A stretch of DNA of 64,000 nt from an uncultured Methanomassiliicoccales archaeon (GTDB lineage: Archaea; Thermoplasmatota; Thermoplasmata; Methanomassiliicoccales; UBA472), in contig OY968769.1 in NCBI GenBank assembly GCA_963695345.1, positions 1,120,001 to 1,184,000 on the forward strand, given 5' to 3'. The notes below the pieces were generated by a model, which saw nothing but the letters and a program-made list of their open reading frames with translations, had not been told where the DNA came from and did no database searches. Of this stretch, positions 42,341 through 52,691 are shown in pieces. Numbering within the stretch: the first letter of the stretch is position 1; every line of letters begins with the position of its first letter. A program made the translations under genes and the position numbers.

Positions 42341-43420
42341 TTACTTCTCGATATTGAGCGGGACCTGCTTCACCGAGGTGAGCATGTCCTCGTCCCAGGT
42401 GTTCTTCAGGCGCTTCCTGCCCTTCCAAGCTCCGGACTGCAGGATGTAGCCGACCAGCAGCGAAAGGCCGATCGATGCCTCGACGTAGGCGACGGACTTG
42501 TTCGCGTCCCGGTTGATCTTGCCCCAGGATTGCGCCTCCTCGAAGGTGCAGCCGGACAGTCCGCCCCACTGGGGCGTGTCCATGGTGATCTGGATGGCGT
42601 AGTGGTGACCGCCCTTGTCGTAACCGAGCGTCTCCGCGATGACCTCGATCTGCTGGATGAAGTTCTTCGGGACGCCGCCGCCGATGTAGATGACCCCGGT
42701 CTTCTCTGACTTGATCTTCATCTGGGTCAGTTCCCAGTTATCGCGTATCGAGTCCATGTGCATGAAGGGCTTCTTGGCAGCGCGGGCCCTCTGGTACAAT
42801 CCGGTCAGACCGATGCCGATGCTCGAGTCGTTGAGCGCCGGAACGAACATCGGAACACCGTACTTGCGGCAATTGTAGAGGATCGAGTTCTTGTCCTTGA
42901 CATGGTCGCCGAGGATCTCCATGAACTCCCTGGACGAGTAGCCCCGGGGTTCGAGCTTCTCTGCTATGTCACCGATGACCGCGTCGGTCTCGCGGAACTT
43001 GTCCTCATCGACCAATGTGTCGTATATCCGGTCCACGAACAGTTCCCGGAGGGCTAGGTCATCGACCCGGGGCGAGGTCTTGTAATGAGAGTATCCCTGG
43101 GCCTGGTAGAAGTCCTGGTACGGAATGGCGCCGATCGTGACGATGCCGTCGACGATACCGTACTTGACCATGTCGGCGATGACCTTTCTCAGTCCGGCCG
43201 CGACCAGCGGTCCGGCCAGACCAAGGAGGATGGTCGGCCTGGCGGGGTCCTTCAGCGCCTTCTCGTAAGCTATTCCGCAGGTGGCCAGGGCCCGACTCTG
43301 AACCGAGCTGTCCTTGTATGCCTCCATCAGGTCCTTGACGGTCGAAATGTTGTCAAAGTCAATGTGCTTGACCTTCTCCTTCATCACAGTCTTCTTGGAC
43401 AATTCGGTTTTCTTTGCCAA
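42341..43420 (-). CDS. dhs: Deoxyhypusine synthase
   Basis: DRIYDT, DSSIG, IGGGVPKNF, YAIQIT, GGLSGCTFEEAQSWGK (catalytic Lys retained). Confidence 0.93.
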   Translation of the reverse strand: MAKKTELSKKTVMKEKVKHIDFDNISTVKDLMEAYKDSSVQSRALATCGIAYEKALKDPARPTILLGLAGPLVAAGLRKVIADMVKYGIVDGIVTIGAIPYQDFYQAQGYSHYKTSPRVDDLALRELFVDRIYDTLVDEDKFRETDAVIGDIAEKLEPRGYSSREFMEILGDHVKDKNSILYNCRKYGVPMFVPALNDSSIGIGLTGLYQRARAAKKPFMHMDSIRDNWELTQMKIKSEKTGVIYIGGGVPKNFIQQIEVIAETLGYDKGGHHYAIQITMDTPQWGGLSGCTFEEAQSWGKINRDANKSVAYVEASIGLSLLVGYILQSGAWKGRKRLKNTWDEDMLTSVKQVPLNIEK

Positions 43421-43488
43421 AGTTTAACCCCCAGTTACATAGGAATCTACTATTTCAAACTTAAAGAATGACAATATATAATGATGCA

Positions 43489-43662
43489 TTACTCACGTTT
43501 TTCCGGAGCCTTCCTGGGCCGGCTGCATATGGCGTAGTCATCGCCATCAAAAAAGACGTCCAATTCCGGATGCTCGGCCTGGATCTCCTCGATCTTCTTG
43601 AGAACCTCGCGCAACGTGAAGTCGCTGTTGCGGTCCAACTTAACGTGCACGGTCTTCTCCAT
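43489..43662 (-). CDS. Small hypothetical protein (57 aa)
   Basis: Manual translation MEKTVHVKLDRNSDFTLREVLKKIEEIQAEHPELDVFFDGDDYAICSRPRKAPEKRE*; AGGTGTGGTGAG upstream and TATA-like GATATATA near 43713-43720. Confidence 0.75.
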   Translation of the reverse strand: MEKTVHVKLDRNSDFTLREVLKKIEEIQAEHPELDVFFDGDDYAICSRPRKAPEKRE

Positions 43663-43779
43663 CTCACCACACCTGGCCGATTTCCCGATTCTTTCTAAGA
43701 TAGGTCGGAGAATATATATCCTTTTTTGGAGGAGAACCGAAGGTGATTATCTTCTCCAGTGAGGCCAGAGGAAGTCCTT

Positions 43780-45834
43780 TCATATCCTGGCCTTGTACAT
43801 GTTCCGGGGGATCTTGATCTCGAACCTGACCCCTTGACCCGCCCTGCCTTTCTCTGTTATGACCATACCGGTTATTGCCAGGATCTCTCGTGTCAGATAC
43901 ATGCCCAATCCGGTGTTCTTCCCGAAACCCCTCTCAAATACCCTCGCCTTGTCGTTGTCCTCAATGCCCACACCATCATCGAAATAAACGAGTGTGGCCT
44001 CCGCTTCGGACACGTGGAATTCGATGCCTAGATGCGAGACGTGACCGCCGTGTCTCAATGAATTGTCAATGAGATTGTAGAATACTCTCTCGACCAGCCG
44101 GTCGCAGAATATCTTGAGGTCCCCTACCGACGCTGAGGTGGTTACGTTCACCAGTTTAAGCTGTTTCAATGCCCCTTCGAACATATCATCAACCCGATAC
44201 CAGCCAGGCGGCTCACTGCCCAGGTTCTGATAGGTCTTGGCGAAGTCGATGAGAGCTTCCATCCGGGCCGAAGCGGTCTTGATCTTCGCCAGGTGGCCAT
44301 TGATCTTCGTCGGGTCGCTCTCGGAATCGGCCAGGTGGATATGGCCGTTTATGACCATGAGGTCGTTCCTGACGTCGTGCCGAGTGATGGTTGAAAGCAG
44401 GTTCAACTTCATGTTGACCGATTGGATCGAGGCGCTGAGACGCTTCAGCTCGCTTATGTCGTTGTATTCGGCAAAGACCGCCGTGACCCCCTGATACTCG
44501 ACCAGTATGGCTGAAGTGGATGCCCAGAAGGTCCCACCCCCGACGTCCCTCATCATGAGCTCGAAATCTTCCAGGTGGCCATTCTCGTCGATGGATCTGA
44601 TGACCGCGCTCCTGAGGCTTGGATTCTCATAGTAATCCTGGATCTTCGTCCTTAGGGCCTCTTCCTTGCTAATCTTGAACTGGCGCTCGGCCCTGCGATT
44701 TATGAAAAGCAGCCTGCCGTCGTCCCTTCTGGCGATGGTGATGGGGAACGGTGACGAGTCCAACAGTTCACGATATCTTTCCTCGCTCAGCCTAAGCTCG
44801 TTCTCAGCATCCTTTCTCTGCGTAATGTCCCTCAGGAGGATCAACCGGTTGCCGGGCAGACCGGACTGGGAGAGATCCACCACGGTCGCCTCAAAAATCG
44901 GATCGCCCACCTTCCCCATTGCTTCCAGTTCTTGGACGAAGTCGGAGTGGTTCGCCAATTTGTCATAGAATCTAGAGCCGGCGGACAAAATGGTCTTCAG
45001 CTCAGAGCCGACGCCCCGGGCTCCACTGAGGCCGAGCTTTGTCGCCGATGCTATGTTGTAATCGACCAACCTGTCCCTCGCATCTACCACCAGATAGAGA
45101 TCGGACATCTTATCGACCACCTCGGACCGGGCAACCGGTTTGATGTCCAGGATGTGATAGGAGAAAAGGGCCCAGAAGAATAGCACTCCGGTGGCCATCA
45201 TGGAACAGGAGGCGATGCTATAGCCCTGGATCGGAGTGAACCCGAGGTTGAAGGCCAAATCGCTTGCCGTTGGGACGAATGTCCCAATGATCAAGATTGC
45301 GGCTTGTTTTGAATAGATTGAGCGTGTTCCTTTTGCCGTGCTCAGCAAGACAATGAAAGTTACGGTGGCTATGAGATAATTGTAGAATGCGTAGATCCAG
45401 TACCAGGGGCCATTATTGAACGTAAGTACGGTGAAATCGCCGACATCGCGAACACCGAAATCATAGCGGAAAAGGTGAGTTGCGTCTGATGTCAGCATTG
45501 TGATGACGGTGAACAATGGCATCACTGTAAGGAGCATAATGTTCTCCTTGGAGAGCCATCGTACTTTTCCAGCATGGCTTGCGGACATCAGGAAATAAGC
45601 CAGTGTGATGAACGGAAGGAAAAGGAACCGAATCTTCGCGAAAAGCACCTTGTCTGAAAGAGGTCCGGCATTCAGCTCAAGGCCGTAAAAGGCCGCCCAT
45701 ATCATTCCGATGGCGATGGCGACACGAAAATACTTGGCCTCGGGAACATCCTTGTATCGGAGGCTGGAAAGGAATACTGCTGCCAATATGACGGTAGCTA
45801 TGATCTGCGGCAACACTATGGTGCTGATGGCCAT
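43780..45834 (-). CDS. 7TM (HisKA_7TM) PAS sensor histidine kinase
   Basis: Seven N-terminal TM segments, two PAS domains, H-box TRHD, NLIDNSLRHG, DDGVGI, GLGMYL. Confidence 0.92.
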   Translation of the reverse strand: MAISTIVLPQIIATVILAAVFLSSLRYKDVPEAKYFRVAIAIGMIWAAFYGLELNAGPLSDKVLFAKIRFLFLPFITLAYFLMSASHAGKVRWLSKENIMLLTVMPLFTVITMLTSDATHLFRYDFGVRDVGDFTVLTFNNGPWYWIYAFYNYLIATVTFIVLLSTAKGTRSIYSKQAAILIIGTFVPTASDLAFNLGFTPIQGYSIASCSMMATGVLFFWALFSYHILDIKPVARSEVVDKMSDLYLVVDARDRLVDYNIASATKLGLSGARGVGSELKTILSAGSRFYDKLANHSDFVQELEAMGKVGDPIFEATVVDLSQSGLPGNRLILLRDITQRKDAENELRLSEERYRELLDSSPFPITIARRDDGRLLFINRRAERQFKISKEEALRTKIQDYYENPSLRSAVIRSIDENGHLEDFELMMRDVGGGTFWASTSAILVEYQGVTAVFAEYNDISELKRLSASIQSVNMKLNLLSTITRHDVRNDLMVINGHIHLADSESDPTKINGHLAKIKTASARMEALIDFAKTYQNLGSEPPGWYRVDDMFEGALKQLKLVNVTTSASVGDLKIFCDRLVERVFYNLIDNSLRHGGHVSHLGIEFHVSEAEATLVYFDDGVGIEDNDKARVFERGFGKNTGLGMYLTREILAITGMVITEKGRAGQGVRFEIKIPRNMYKARI

Positions 45835-46119
45835 TGGTCTGGTCTCGCCTTTCGGATTAGGGACCGGAATACTTAATCAATCTGGACAAAGAATCAGGAA
45901 CAGAGAATCAGAAAAGCGATCGATACCATATCTGATCTGTGATCTGAGCTCGACGGTTTTGGAGGGACGGCCCAACGCCTGAACCAACACCTGCCCCGTT
46001 GCCAATAGAATGACTGGCTGGCTACCCTTAATATCGGTTCGAAGAACCACTCGGAACATCTTATATAGAGGGCTGGGCCGTCATGAAACGATCGAAATTA
46101 CGCTTAACGGGTATTGAAA

Positions 46120-48060
46120 ATGGCTTCTAGCAAGAATTTGGACGCCGCCCCACACGAGGTCCGCCTGGACCCGGGGCCATCCACCGTCGAGGTCAGCTCC
46201 ACTTCCAAGGCCAGTGAGGGAGGGGACCTCCGGTCTTGGCTTGAAGGCGGCGATGATTTCCTATCCTGGCTCAATGAAGGAGTGGAGGATCAGAAGACCG
46301 CCGACAATAAACAGACGGCCGTCATCGAAGCCAGTTCCGAATACGTTACCGAGCTCACCGACAGGCTGAAGAAATACGAGGACGAACTCCGGCTGTTGAA
46401 GCAGAAACTGGCAGAGGCTTTCTTGGACAACACCTCGGACCAGTCCGGCAAGGATGTCGAGATCGACCTTGGCCGAAAGCTGCAGGAACTGATCGAGGCG
46501 AAGGATCAGCTGGGGCTCGAGGTGGACAGGCTTCAGAAGCTGAACAATGAGATAAAGCAACACTTCCAGCAATCGCTAGTGAACGTATCAGAGGATAAAT
46601 CGTCCCTGCTCCTGAAGGAGATCGAACTGAAAGAGAAGGAGTCCAAGCTTCTGACCCGCATGAGGGAGCTTGAACTCAGACAACGGGACGCATCAAGTTA
46701 CACATCCAAGGAGGTGGAGGCAAACCTGGAGGAGCGCTTCCACACCGAACTCAGACAGAAGGAGACCGAGTGGAGGTACAAGGAACAACAACTCCAGAAC
46801 CGCATCCAAGACATGGAGAAGGAACTCCTCCGGCTCTCGATGGACCTCAAACTGAAGGACGACAAGCTGAAGATTTTCAACATGGGCAAGCCAGATATCG
46901 AGAAGGCGGTGTCCCAGAAGTACGAGGAGATGATGGCCAAGGAGAAGGAAGCGGCCATGATGAGGAGCGAACTGGACCAGATGAAGATCCAGATCCGTGA
47001 GAAGGACGACGAGCTGAAGAAGATCAAGGACATCGTCACTTACAAGGAGGATGAGCTCAACCGCCGCGAGGAGGACATGATGTACCGGGAAAAGGTCCTC
47101 TCGGGCGAGAAGCGCAAGTTCGAAGAGACCCGCAAGGAGCTCTCTGGCACCGACGAGGTGGAACTGAAGAAGCGCATCGAAGAGCTCCGCAACGAGGTGC
47201 AGAAGAAAGAGGAGGACCTGCGCGCCAAGGAACGGTTCCTCAACGCCAAGGCCGAGGAGATCCGGATGCGTGAGTCCGGTCTGATCGAGGACGAGATCAA
47301 GGCCAGGGAAAAGGACCGGGTCCTGGAGGCGACCCAGGCAAAAGTGAAGACGGGCAACACCCGTCTGGACGATCTGCTGCTGGGCGGCATACCGTTCGGT
47401 TCCAACATCATGGTCCACGGACCGCCGTTCGTCGGCAAGGAGGTCATGGTCAACTCATTCGTCGCGGAAGGCCTCAAGAAGGGCATTCCGGCGCTTTGGG
47501 TGATCACCGACAAGACCCCCAAGGATATACGGGAAGAGATGAAGTTCGTACTATCTGGTTATGATGAGTACGAAAGGAGAGGGTTGGTCCGGTACATCGA
47601 CGCCTTCTCGCGTTCCATGGGCGACGAGTCCAAGGACGAGTATACCGTATACATCGATGAGCCGACCGACCATGAGAAGATCTCCGAGGCGGTCGAGACC
47701 ATAACCAAGACCTTCCGTGAGAATTACGAGTACTATCGCATGGCGTTCCGGTCCATCTCCACCCTTATCGCCTACTCGGACCCGAACACCGCCTTCCGGT
47801 TCCTTTCGCCATTGTGCGGTAAGCGAAAAAGGGACAAGGCCGTCTCGATGTTCACAGTCGAGAAGGGCATGCACGGCGAGCAGGAGATCCAGATGCTCGG
47901 CTCTATCATGGACGGGATGATCGATTTCAAGGTCGATCAGCTGAAGACGTTCTTCTCGATCCAGGGGATCAGCGAGGTGCAGTCCCGGGCCTACATCAGG
48001 TACACTTCATCGAAGCATGCCCTGCAGATCGGCTCGTTCGCCCTAGACCACATCAGGTAA
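46120..48060 (+). CDS. Long coiled-coil protein with C-terminal KaiC/RAD55-like ATPase domain (probably inactive)
   Basis: About 330 aa of E/K-rich heptads, then KTGNTRLDDLLLGGIP, GPPFVGKE, Walker B position reading MAFRS. Confidence 0.88.
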   Translation: MASSKNLDAAPHEVRLDPGPSTVEVSSTSKASEGGDLRSWLEGGDDFLSWLNEGVEDQKTADNKQTAVIEASSEYVTELTDRLKKYEDELRLLKQKLAEAFLDNTSDQSGKDVEIDLGRKLQELIEAKDQLGLEVDRLQKLNNEIKQHFQQSLVNVSEDKSSLLLKEIELKEKESKLLTRMRELELRQRDASSYTSKEVEANLEERFHTELRQKETEWRYKEQQLQNRIQDMEKELLRLSMDLKLKDDKLKIFNMGKPDIEKAVSQKYEEMMAKEKEAAMMRSELDQMKIQIREKDDELKKIKDIVTYKEDELNRREEDMMYREKVLSGEKRKFEETRKELSGTDEVELKKRIEELRNEVQKKEEDLRAKERFLNAKAEEIRMRESGLIEDEIKAREKDRVLEATQAKVKTGNTRLDDLLLGGIPFGSNIMVHGPPFVGKEVMVNSFVAEGLKKGIPALWVITDKTPKDIREEMKFVLSGYDEYERRGLVRYIDAFSRSMGDESKDEYTVYIDEPTDHEKISEAVETITKTFRENYEYYRMAFRSISTLIAYSDPNTAFRFLSPLCGKRKRDKAVSMFTVEKGMHGEQEIQMLGSIMDGMIDFKVDQLKTFFSIQGISEVQSRAYIRYTSSKHALQIGSFALDHIR

Positions 48061-48102
48061 TGGGATCGTTCGATCGAGCGGGCCGATGACTCAGAAATAC
48101 GG

Positions 48103-48528
48103 TTACGCGACCTCGACACCGCTGCCCGGCTTGATCCCGCCCTTCTTCTGCACGTTGATATGCGGCAGAGGGAATGGTGGGGGAAGCTTGATGTCCCGGG
48201 CGACCAGCAGGGCGGTGGGCAGGCAATTCGCCACTACGGTGTTGTGCACGGCGTTGGCCTCGTCCAAAGGCATCGAACCGTCCTTGGCCCATTCCGCCAT
48301 GATCTCGTTGGCGTTGCCCTCACCGATGATCTGGCCCTCGATCTTGATAAAGCCCATCCCGGAATAGTTGGCGGTGAACCGAAAATCAACTGAGATCGTC
48401 TCATCCGACATCCTAACCACTTGGGTGATGCTGCTGTTCTGGTCGATACGGATGTTGGTCATGCGCTCTCCTGCTTTGGAGAAACGTTTCGCCTCGATGA
48501 CGCTCATCTCGAAGGACTTGACCTGCAT
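48103..48528 (-). CDS. Conserved archaeal hypothetical protein, possibly SecB-like fold
   Basis: Four beta-strands then helices, ending ARDIKLPPPFPLPHI. Confidence 0.7.
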   Translation of the reverse strand: MQVKSFEMSVIEAKRFSKAGERMTNIRIDQNSSITQVVRMSDETISVDFRFTANYSGMGFIKIEGQIIGEGNANEIMAEWAKDGSMPLDEANAVHNTVVANCLPTALLVARDIKLPPPFPLPHINVQKKGGIKPGSGVEVA

Positions 48529-48600
48529 GTTCACCATGAACCCTATCGGTGCGGGCGATATCAAACTTTGTAATGCGTCTCAGATGAAAAGGATAAGGAG

Positions 48601-48673
48601 TGCCGCAGGCCGGGCTCGAACCAGCGACTTCAAGGTCTTCAGCCTTGCACTCTCCCAGCTGAGTTACTGCGGC
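48601..48673 (-). tRNA. tRNA-Phe(GAA)
   Basis: GCCGCAG acceptor stem, anticodon arm CAAGG-CTGAAGA-CCTTG, T arm GCTGG-TTCGAGC-CCGGC, discriminator A; no intron and no encoded CCA. Confidence 0.97.
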
Positions 48674-48700
48674 TTGGCGGTCAGAGAAAGTGGAGGACCA

Positions 48701-48707
48701 TTATAAA
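48701..48707 (-). promoter_or_regulatory. TATA box of tRNA-Phe
   Basis: TTTATAA on the minus strand about 28 nt upstream of the tRNA 5' end. Confidence 0.65.
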
Positions 48708-48805
48708 GGTTGGCATGTCCCGCCCGCGTACAAAAAATGAAAGGACCGCACCCTAGAAGGCGGCAAAAAGCGTTGCGGGAGGGGTTCCCTGGCAGATGCA
48801 TCGTG

Positions 48806-48858
48806 TTGCGAAAAGCCTTAATTTCGCAAATAGCCAGACAGCTCAGAATGTTTAAATA
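48806..48858 (+). promoter_or_regulatory. Pilus operon promoter: inverted repeat plus TATA box
   Basis: TTGCGAAA-N8-TTTCGCAA (48806-48829) and TTTAAATA (48851-48858) ahead of ATG 48902. Confidence 0.55.
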
Positions 48859-48901
48859 CTCACGATTAACTTCTTTCACGATACGATTTTGAGGAACCAG
48901 C

Positions 48902-49906
48902 ATGGTCAAAGTTGCCCTTAAAAAAAGGATTCTGAGCAGATCGAGTCGGGCTCGATGCATACGCCGTGACGAAGAGGGAGTAGCCTCCGTGATCGGCACG
49001 ATCATGGCCTTGCTGATATTCCTAACTTTCATGTCCATGTTCGTGAACACCTACATCCCCATTTGGATGAAGGAGAACGAACGGCTTCACATGAACGAGG
49101 TCCAGAACCAGATGGGTGAGGTCAAAGGTAAGATCGACAACCTCATCGTCAACGCCCAGGTGACCGGGACCAGCATGGTTAACACCTATGAGCCGATCAC
49201 CCTTGGTGCGGACGGGATCCCGCTGTTCGCTTCGGCCACCGCGGGAGGGCTCTTCCTGAGGCCTTCCGGCACAGGCACCACCAGTACCACCGTCCAGTTC
49301 AATTACACCTCCAACGGAAAGGTTACCTTCAGCGAGACCGGGGGCGGGAAGTTGGAATTCTATGCCCCCAACAGATACTATGTCGGTCAGTGGCTGGCCT
49401 ATGAGAACGGCGCCTTGATCGTCAAGCAGGACGTGGGCGAGGCGATGAAAGCATCTCCCTCGCTGGAAGTGACCAAGTCCGGGTCCACCTTCAACGTCGA
49501 GTTCACCCAGATCGACATCGTCGGGACCAACTCCACGATGTCCGGCAACGGAGTGGCCGGCGTGAACATCAACCTGATCTACCTGGACTCCCAGAAGTAT
49601 ACTCCCCATTGGAACAACCAGAACACCACGGTATACAAGTTCAACACGGTCTACCACGTGGCGCTCATGGACTTCATGAACAAGACGATAAAGGCAGCCG
49701 ACCCATTGGCCACGATAACCGCCACCAGGACCGGTACCGGCGTCGGTAGCGTCTACTCGGTGGTCGCCGCCAATGCCGGCGTCACCGAGATGACCGTCAC
49801 GGACACGATGCTGGCAGACAAGTCCCACATGGTCACGCTTCAGATAATCAACACGGGAACGCTGACGCTCAGCCGCGCCTTCGTCCAGGTCGACATCAAC
49901 GTTTAA
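48902..49906 (+). CDS. Large archaeal type IV pilin-like protein (class III signal peptide)
   Basis: Basic leader, then DEEG/VASVIGTIMALLIFLTF, followed by a T/N/G-rich beta domain. Confidence 0.85.
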   Translation: MVKVALKKRILSRSSRARCIRRDEEGVASVIGTIMALLIFLTFMSMFVNTYIPIWMKENERLHMNEVQNQMGEVKGKIDNLIVNAQVTGTSMVNTYEPITLGADGIPLFASATAGGLFLRPSGTGTTSTTVQFNYTSNGKVTFSETGGGKLEFYAPNRYYVGQWLAYENGALIVKQDVGEAMKASPSLEVTKSGSTFNVEFTQIDIVGTNSTMSGNGVAGVNINLIYLDSQKYTPHWNNQNTTVYKFNTVYHVALMDFMNKTIKAADPLATITATRTGTGVGSVYSVVAANAGVTEMTVTDTMLADKSHMVTLQIINTGTLTLSRAFVQVDINV

Positions 49907-49918
49907 CGAGGTTTCAGA

Positions 49919-51647
49919 ATGACTACAGAAGCAGATCCGATGGCCCGCGGCAACAGGAGGCAGGAGCCGCTGTCAAAGGAGACCACCATGGAGAAGGCCA
50001 AGGAGGGCTACATGCGCTTCCTGAAGAAGGTAGCCCCGAACCGTGGGATCAAGGTCATGCTCCCTACCAAACTGGTGGAGCAGAAGCGCCTCCAGAAGGG
50101 TTCCCACGTCACTGACATCCCGGAGATCAAGAACCCCAACATCGAGATCCTGGAAGTTTATCCGGTCAAGGAACCTTACAGCTACATCCGGATCTCCTTC
50201 AACAACGATAACAGCGAGTACCTCTACGAGGTCATCGAGCCAGAACTTAGCCGGGAGGAGAAGGACCTTCTGGCCCTGATAAAGGACACCCTGCAGCGCA
50301 CCCTTGGCTACGAGTGGGAGAAGCTCACCGGCCTGGACAAGGAGGAGTACCTGCGGGAGAGCGTGGACTCGTTCGTCCGCACCCGGGGGATCAAGGTCGA
50401 ACCGATCACCAAGAAGAAGCTCGGTTATTACATCATCCGCGACTTCGTCGGTCACGGTGTCATCGACGTGATGATGTGCGATGACGATATCGAGGATATC
50501 TCCTGCGACGGACACAACATCCCCATCTTCATATCGCACCGGAAGTATGAATCGGTGCGGTCCAACATCATTTTCGACAACGAGGATTCGCTGAACAACT
50601 TCGTCGTGACGCTATCTCAGAGGAGCGGGAAGCAGATCTCCGTGTCCAGCCCCATCCTCGACGGGACCACCATCGAAGGACACCGCGTCCAGGCGACCTA
50701 CTCCCGGGAGGTGACGACCAGAGGTTCGACCTTCACCATCAGGCGGTTCAAGCACCGCCCGTTCACGCCGGTCGACCTGCTCAAGTACAAGACCGTCTCC
50801 CCGGAGATGATGGCGTACTTGTGGCTCGGGGTGGAGAACGGGGAATCGATGATCCTTTGCGGCGGCACGGCATCGGGAAAGACGTCGGCGCTGAACTCGC
50901 TCGCCCTTTTCATCCCTCCGGGCGCCAAGATCGTGACCATGGAGGATACCCGGGAGATAAACCTGCCCCACGAGAACTGGATCCCGGGCATGACCCGCAC
51001 CGGCGTGGGCGAGAAGGACAAGGACGGCAAGTCGGCGGGTGAGATCGACATGTTCGACCTGGTCCGCGCCGCGCTGAGGCAGCGTCCGAACTACATCATG
51101 GTCGGTGAGGTCAGGGGCAAGGAGACCTACATCATGTTCCAGGCCATGGCCACCGGTCACTCGACCTATTCCACCATGCACGCCGATTCGGTCAAGTCGC
51201 ATGGTCAACCGGCTGGAGAACCCGCCCATCAACTGCCCCAGGATACTGCTGACCGCCCTGCGCAACGTCCTCATCCAGGCCCAGGTCAGGGTGGGCAACG
51301 ACCTGGTCCGCCGCATGAAGCAGGTCATCGAGATCGTCGGTTTCGAGCCGGAGACCAATGAGCTCATCACCAACACCGTCTATGAATGGGACCAGGCGAC
51401 GGACCGGTTCATCTACAAGGGCCACTCGTTCCTTTTCGACAAGATAATGGAAATGAAGTCGCTGACCCACGACGAGATGATGACCGAGTTCCAGAGGCGG
51501 ATAGAGATCATCAATTACATGGTGTTCAAGGACATGACCGACTACCGCAAGATCTGGGCCATCACCAATGCATATTACAAGGATCCCGAGAAGACCCTAG
51601 CCAGGGTTAGGAAGGAGACCGAGGAGGGTACCAAGAATGTCGCCTGA
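49919..51647 (+). CDS. Type IV pilus / type II secretion assembly ATPase 1 (ArlI/TadA-like); frameshift ~51200
   Basis: IEDISCDG, FTIRRF, Walker A GGTASGKT, EDTRE, LRQRPNYIMVGEVRG, MATGH..STMHA. Confidence 0.92.
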
Positions 51648-52682
51648 AGTCTCAGATATGTTCTCCAAGGTGGATTCGAGCAAAAGCACCTACATGAAGA
51701 CCAAGAAGATCGGCGAGCACAAGAAGGAGCTGGGACCGAGGGTGGTCAGGCTGCCCGAGGGCGTCGTGCCGGACTACGTCAAGCTTACCAAGTACCAGGA
51801 GTTCTGCTGGAGGACGATCGGGCAAGACTGGTCACGCTCCGGGCAAAGCCCAACCCGAAGCAGGAGTCGCTGCTCCTTCAGGCGCACATGCGGATGCGGC
51901 AGGAGGAGTTCGTCGCATACGTGTGGATGACCACCCTGTTGGTCGCGATCCTGACCGCGCTGATAAGCGTGTTCTTCGGAGCGATCTTCATCGCCGTGCT
52001 GAACATCAGCCCGGCCTTGGCCATATTCTTCTCGGTGATGGTGGTGGTGATCCCCACCATCATGACCTACGTGGTCGTGAACAGCGATCCCGGGCTCCAA
52101 GGCCAAGATCCCGCAAGCGCGACATCGACAAGCGCATAGGCCCGGCAATGTCGTTCATCTCGGCCATGGCCTCGGCCGATGTCAACATCGATGTCATCTT
52201 CAAGGAGCTTTCCCGCCAGCCGATCTACGGGGAGATCCAGAAAGAATCGGAATGGATCACCAGGGACACGGAGCTGCTGGGCATCGATATCCTTACCGCC
52301 ATAGGCAAGGCCGCGCAGCGCACGCCGTCGCAGCGCTTCCAGGAATTCCTGCAGGGAGTGGTCACCACCTCCACCTCCGGCGGACAGCTGAAGCCGTACT
52401 TCCTGCAGAAGGCGGAGCAGTTCGAGAAGGAGCACAAGCTGGAGATCAGGGCACAGCTGGAAAGCCTGGGACTGATGGCCGAATCGTTCGTCACGGTCGT
52501 GGTCGCGTTCCCGCTGTTCCTCATCGTCATCATGGCCATCATGGCCATCGTGCCGGGCGGCGGCGGCAGCGCGGGCACCACCATAATGCTGCTCTACGCT
52601 GGTCGTGGGCCTGATGGTGCCGTTCTCCCAGTTCGGGTTCATCTTCTTCATCTGGAATTCAACCAAGGAGTCAACGATGTGA
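51637..52682 (+). CDS. TadC/GspF-like pilus platform membrane protein 1; frameshifted
   Basis: TM pair, YGEIQKE...LLGIDILTAI..AAQRTPS..FQEFLQG, LGLMAESFVT. Confidence 0.85.
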
Positions 52683-52691
52683 GGTGCTTAA

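Noticed and set aside
43461-43670. ORF-track call of a 69-aa minus-strand protein
   Set aside because: Wrong frame; the 57-aa ORF at 43489-43662 has better codon usage and start signals
48601-48673. tRNA-Phe as an integration site
   Set aside because: No integrase and no duplicated tRNA 3' end were noticed in the window
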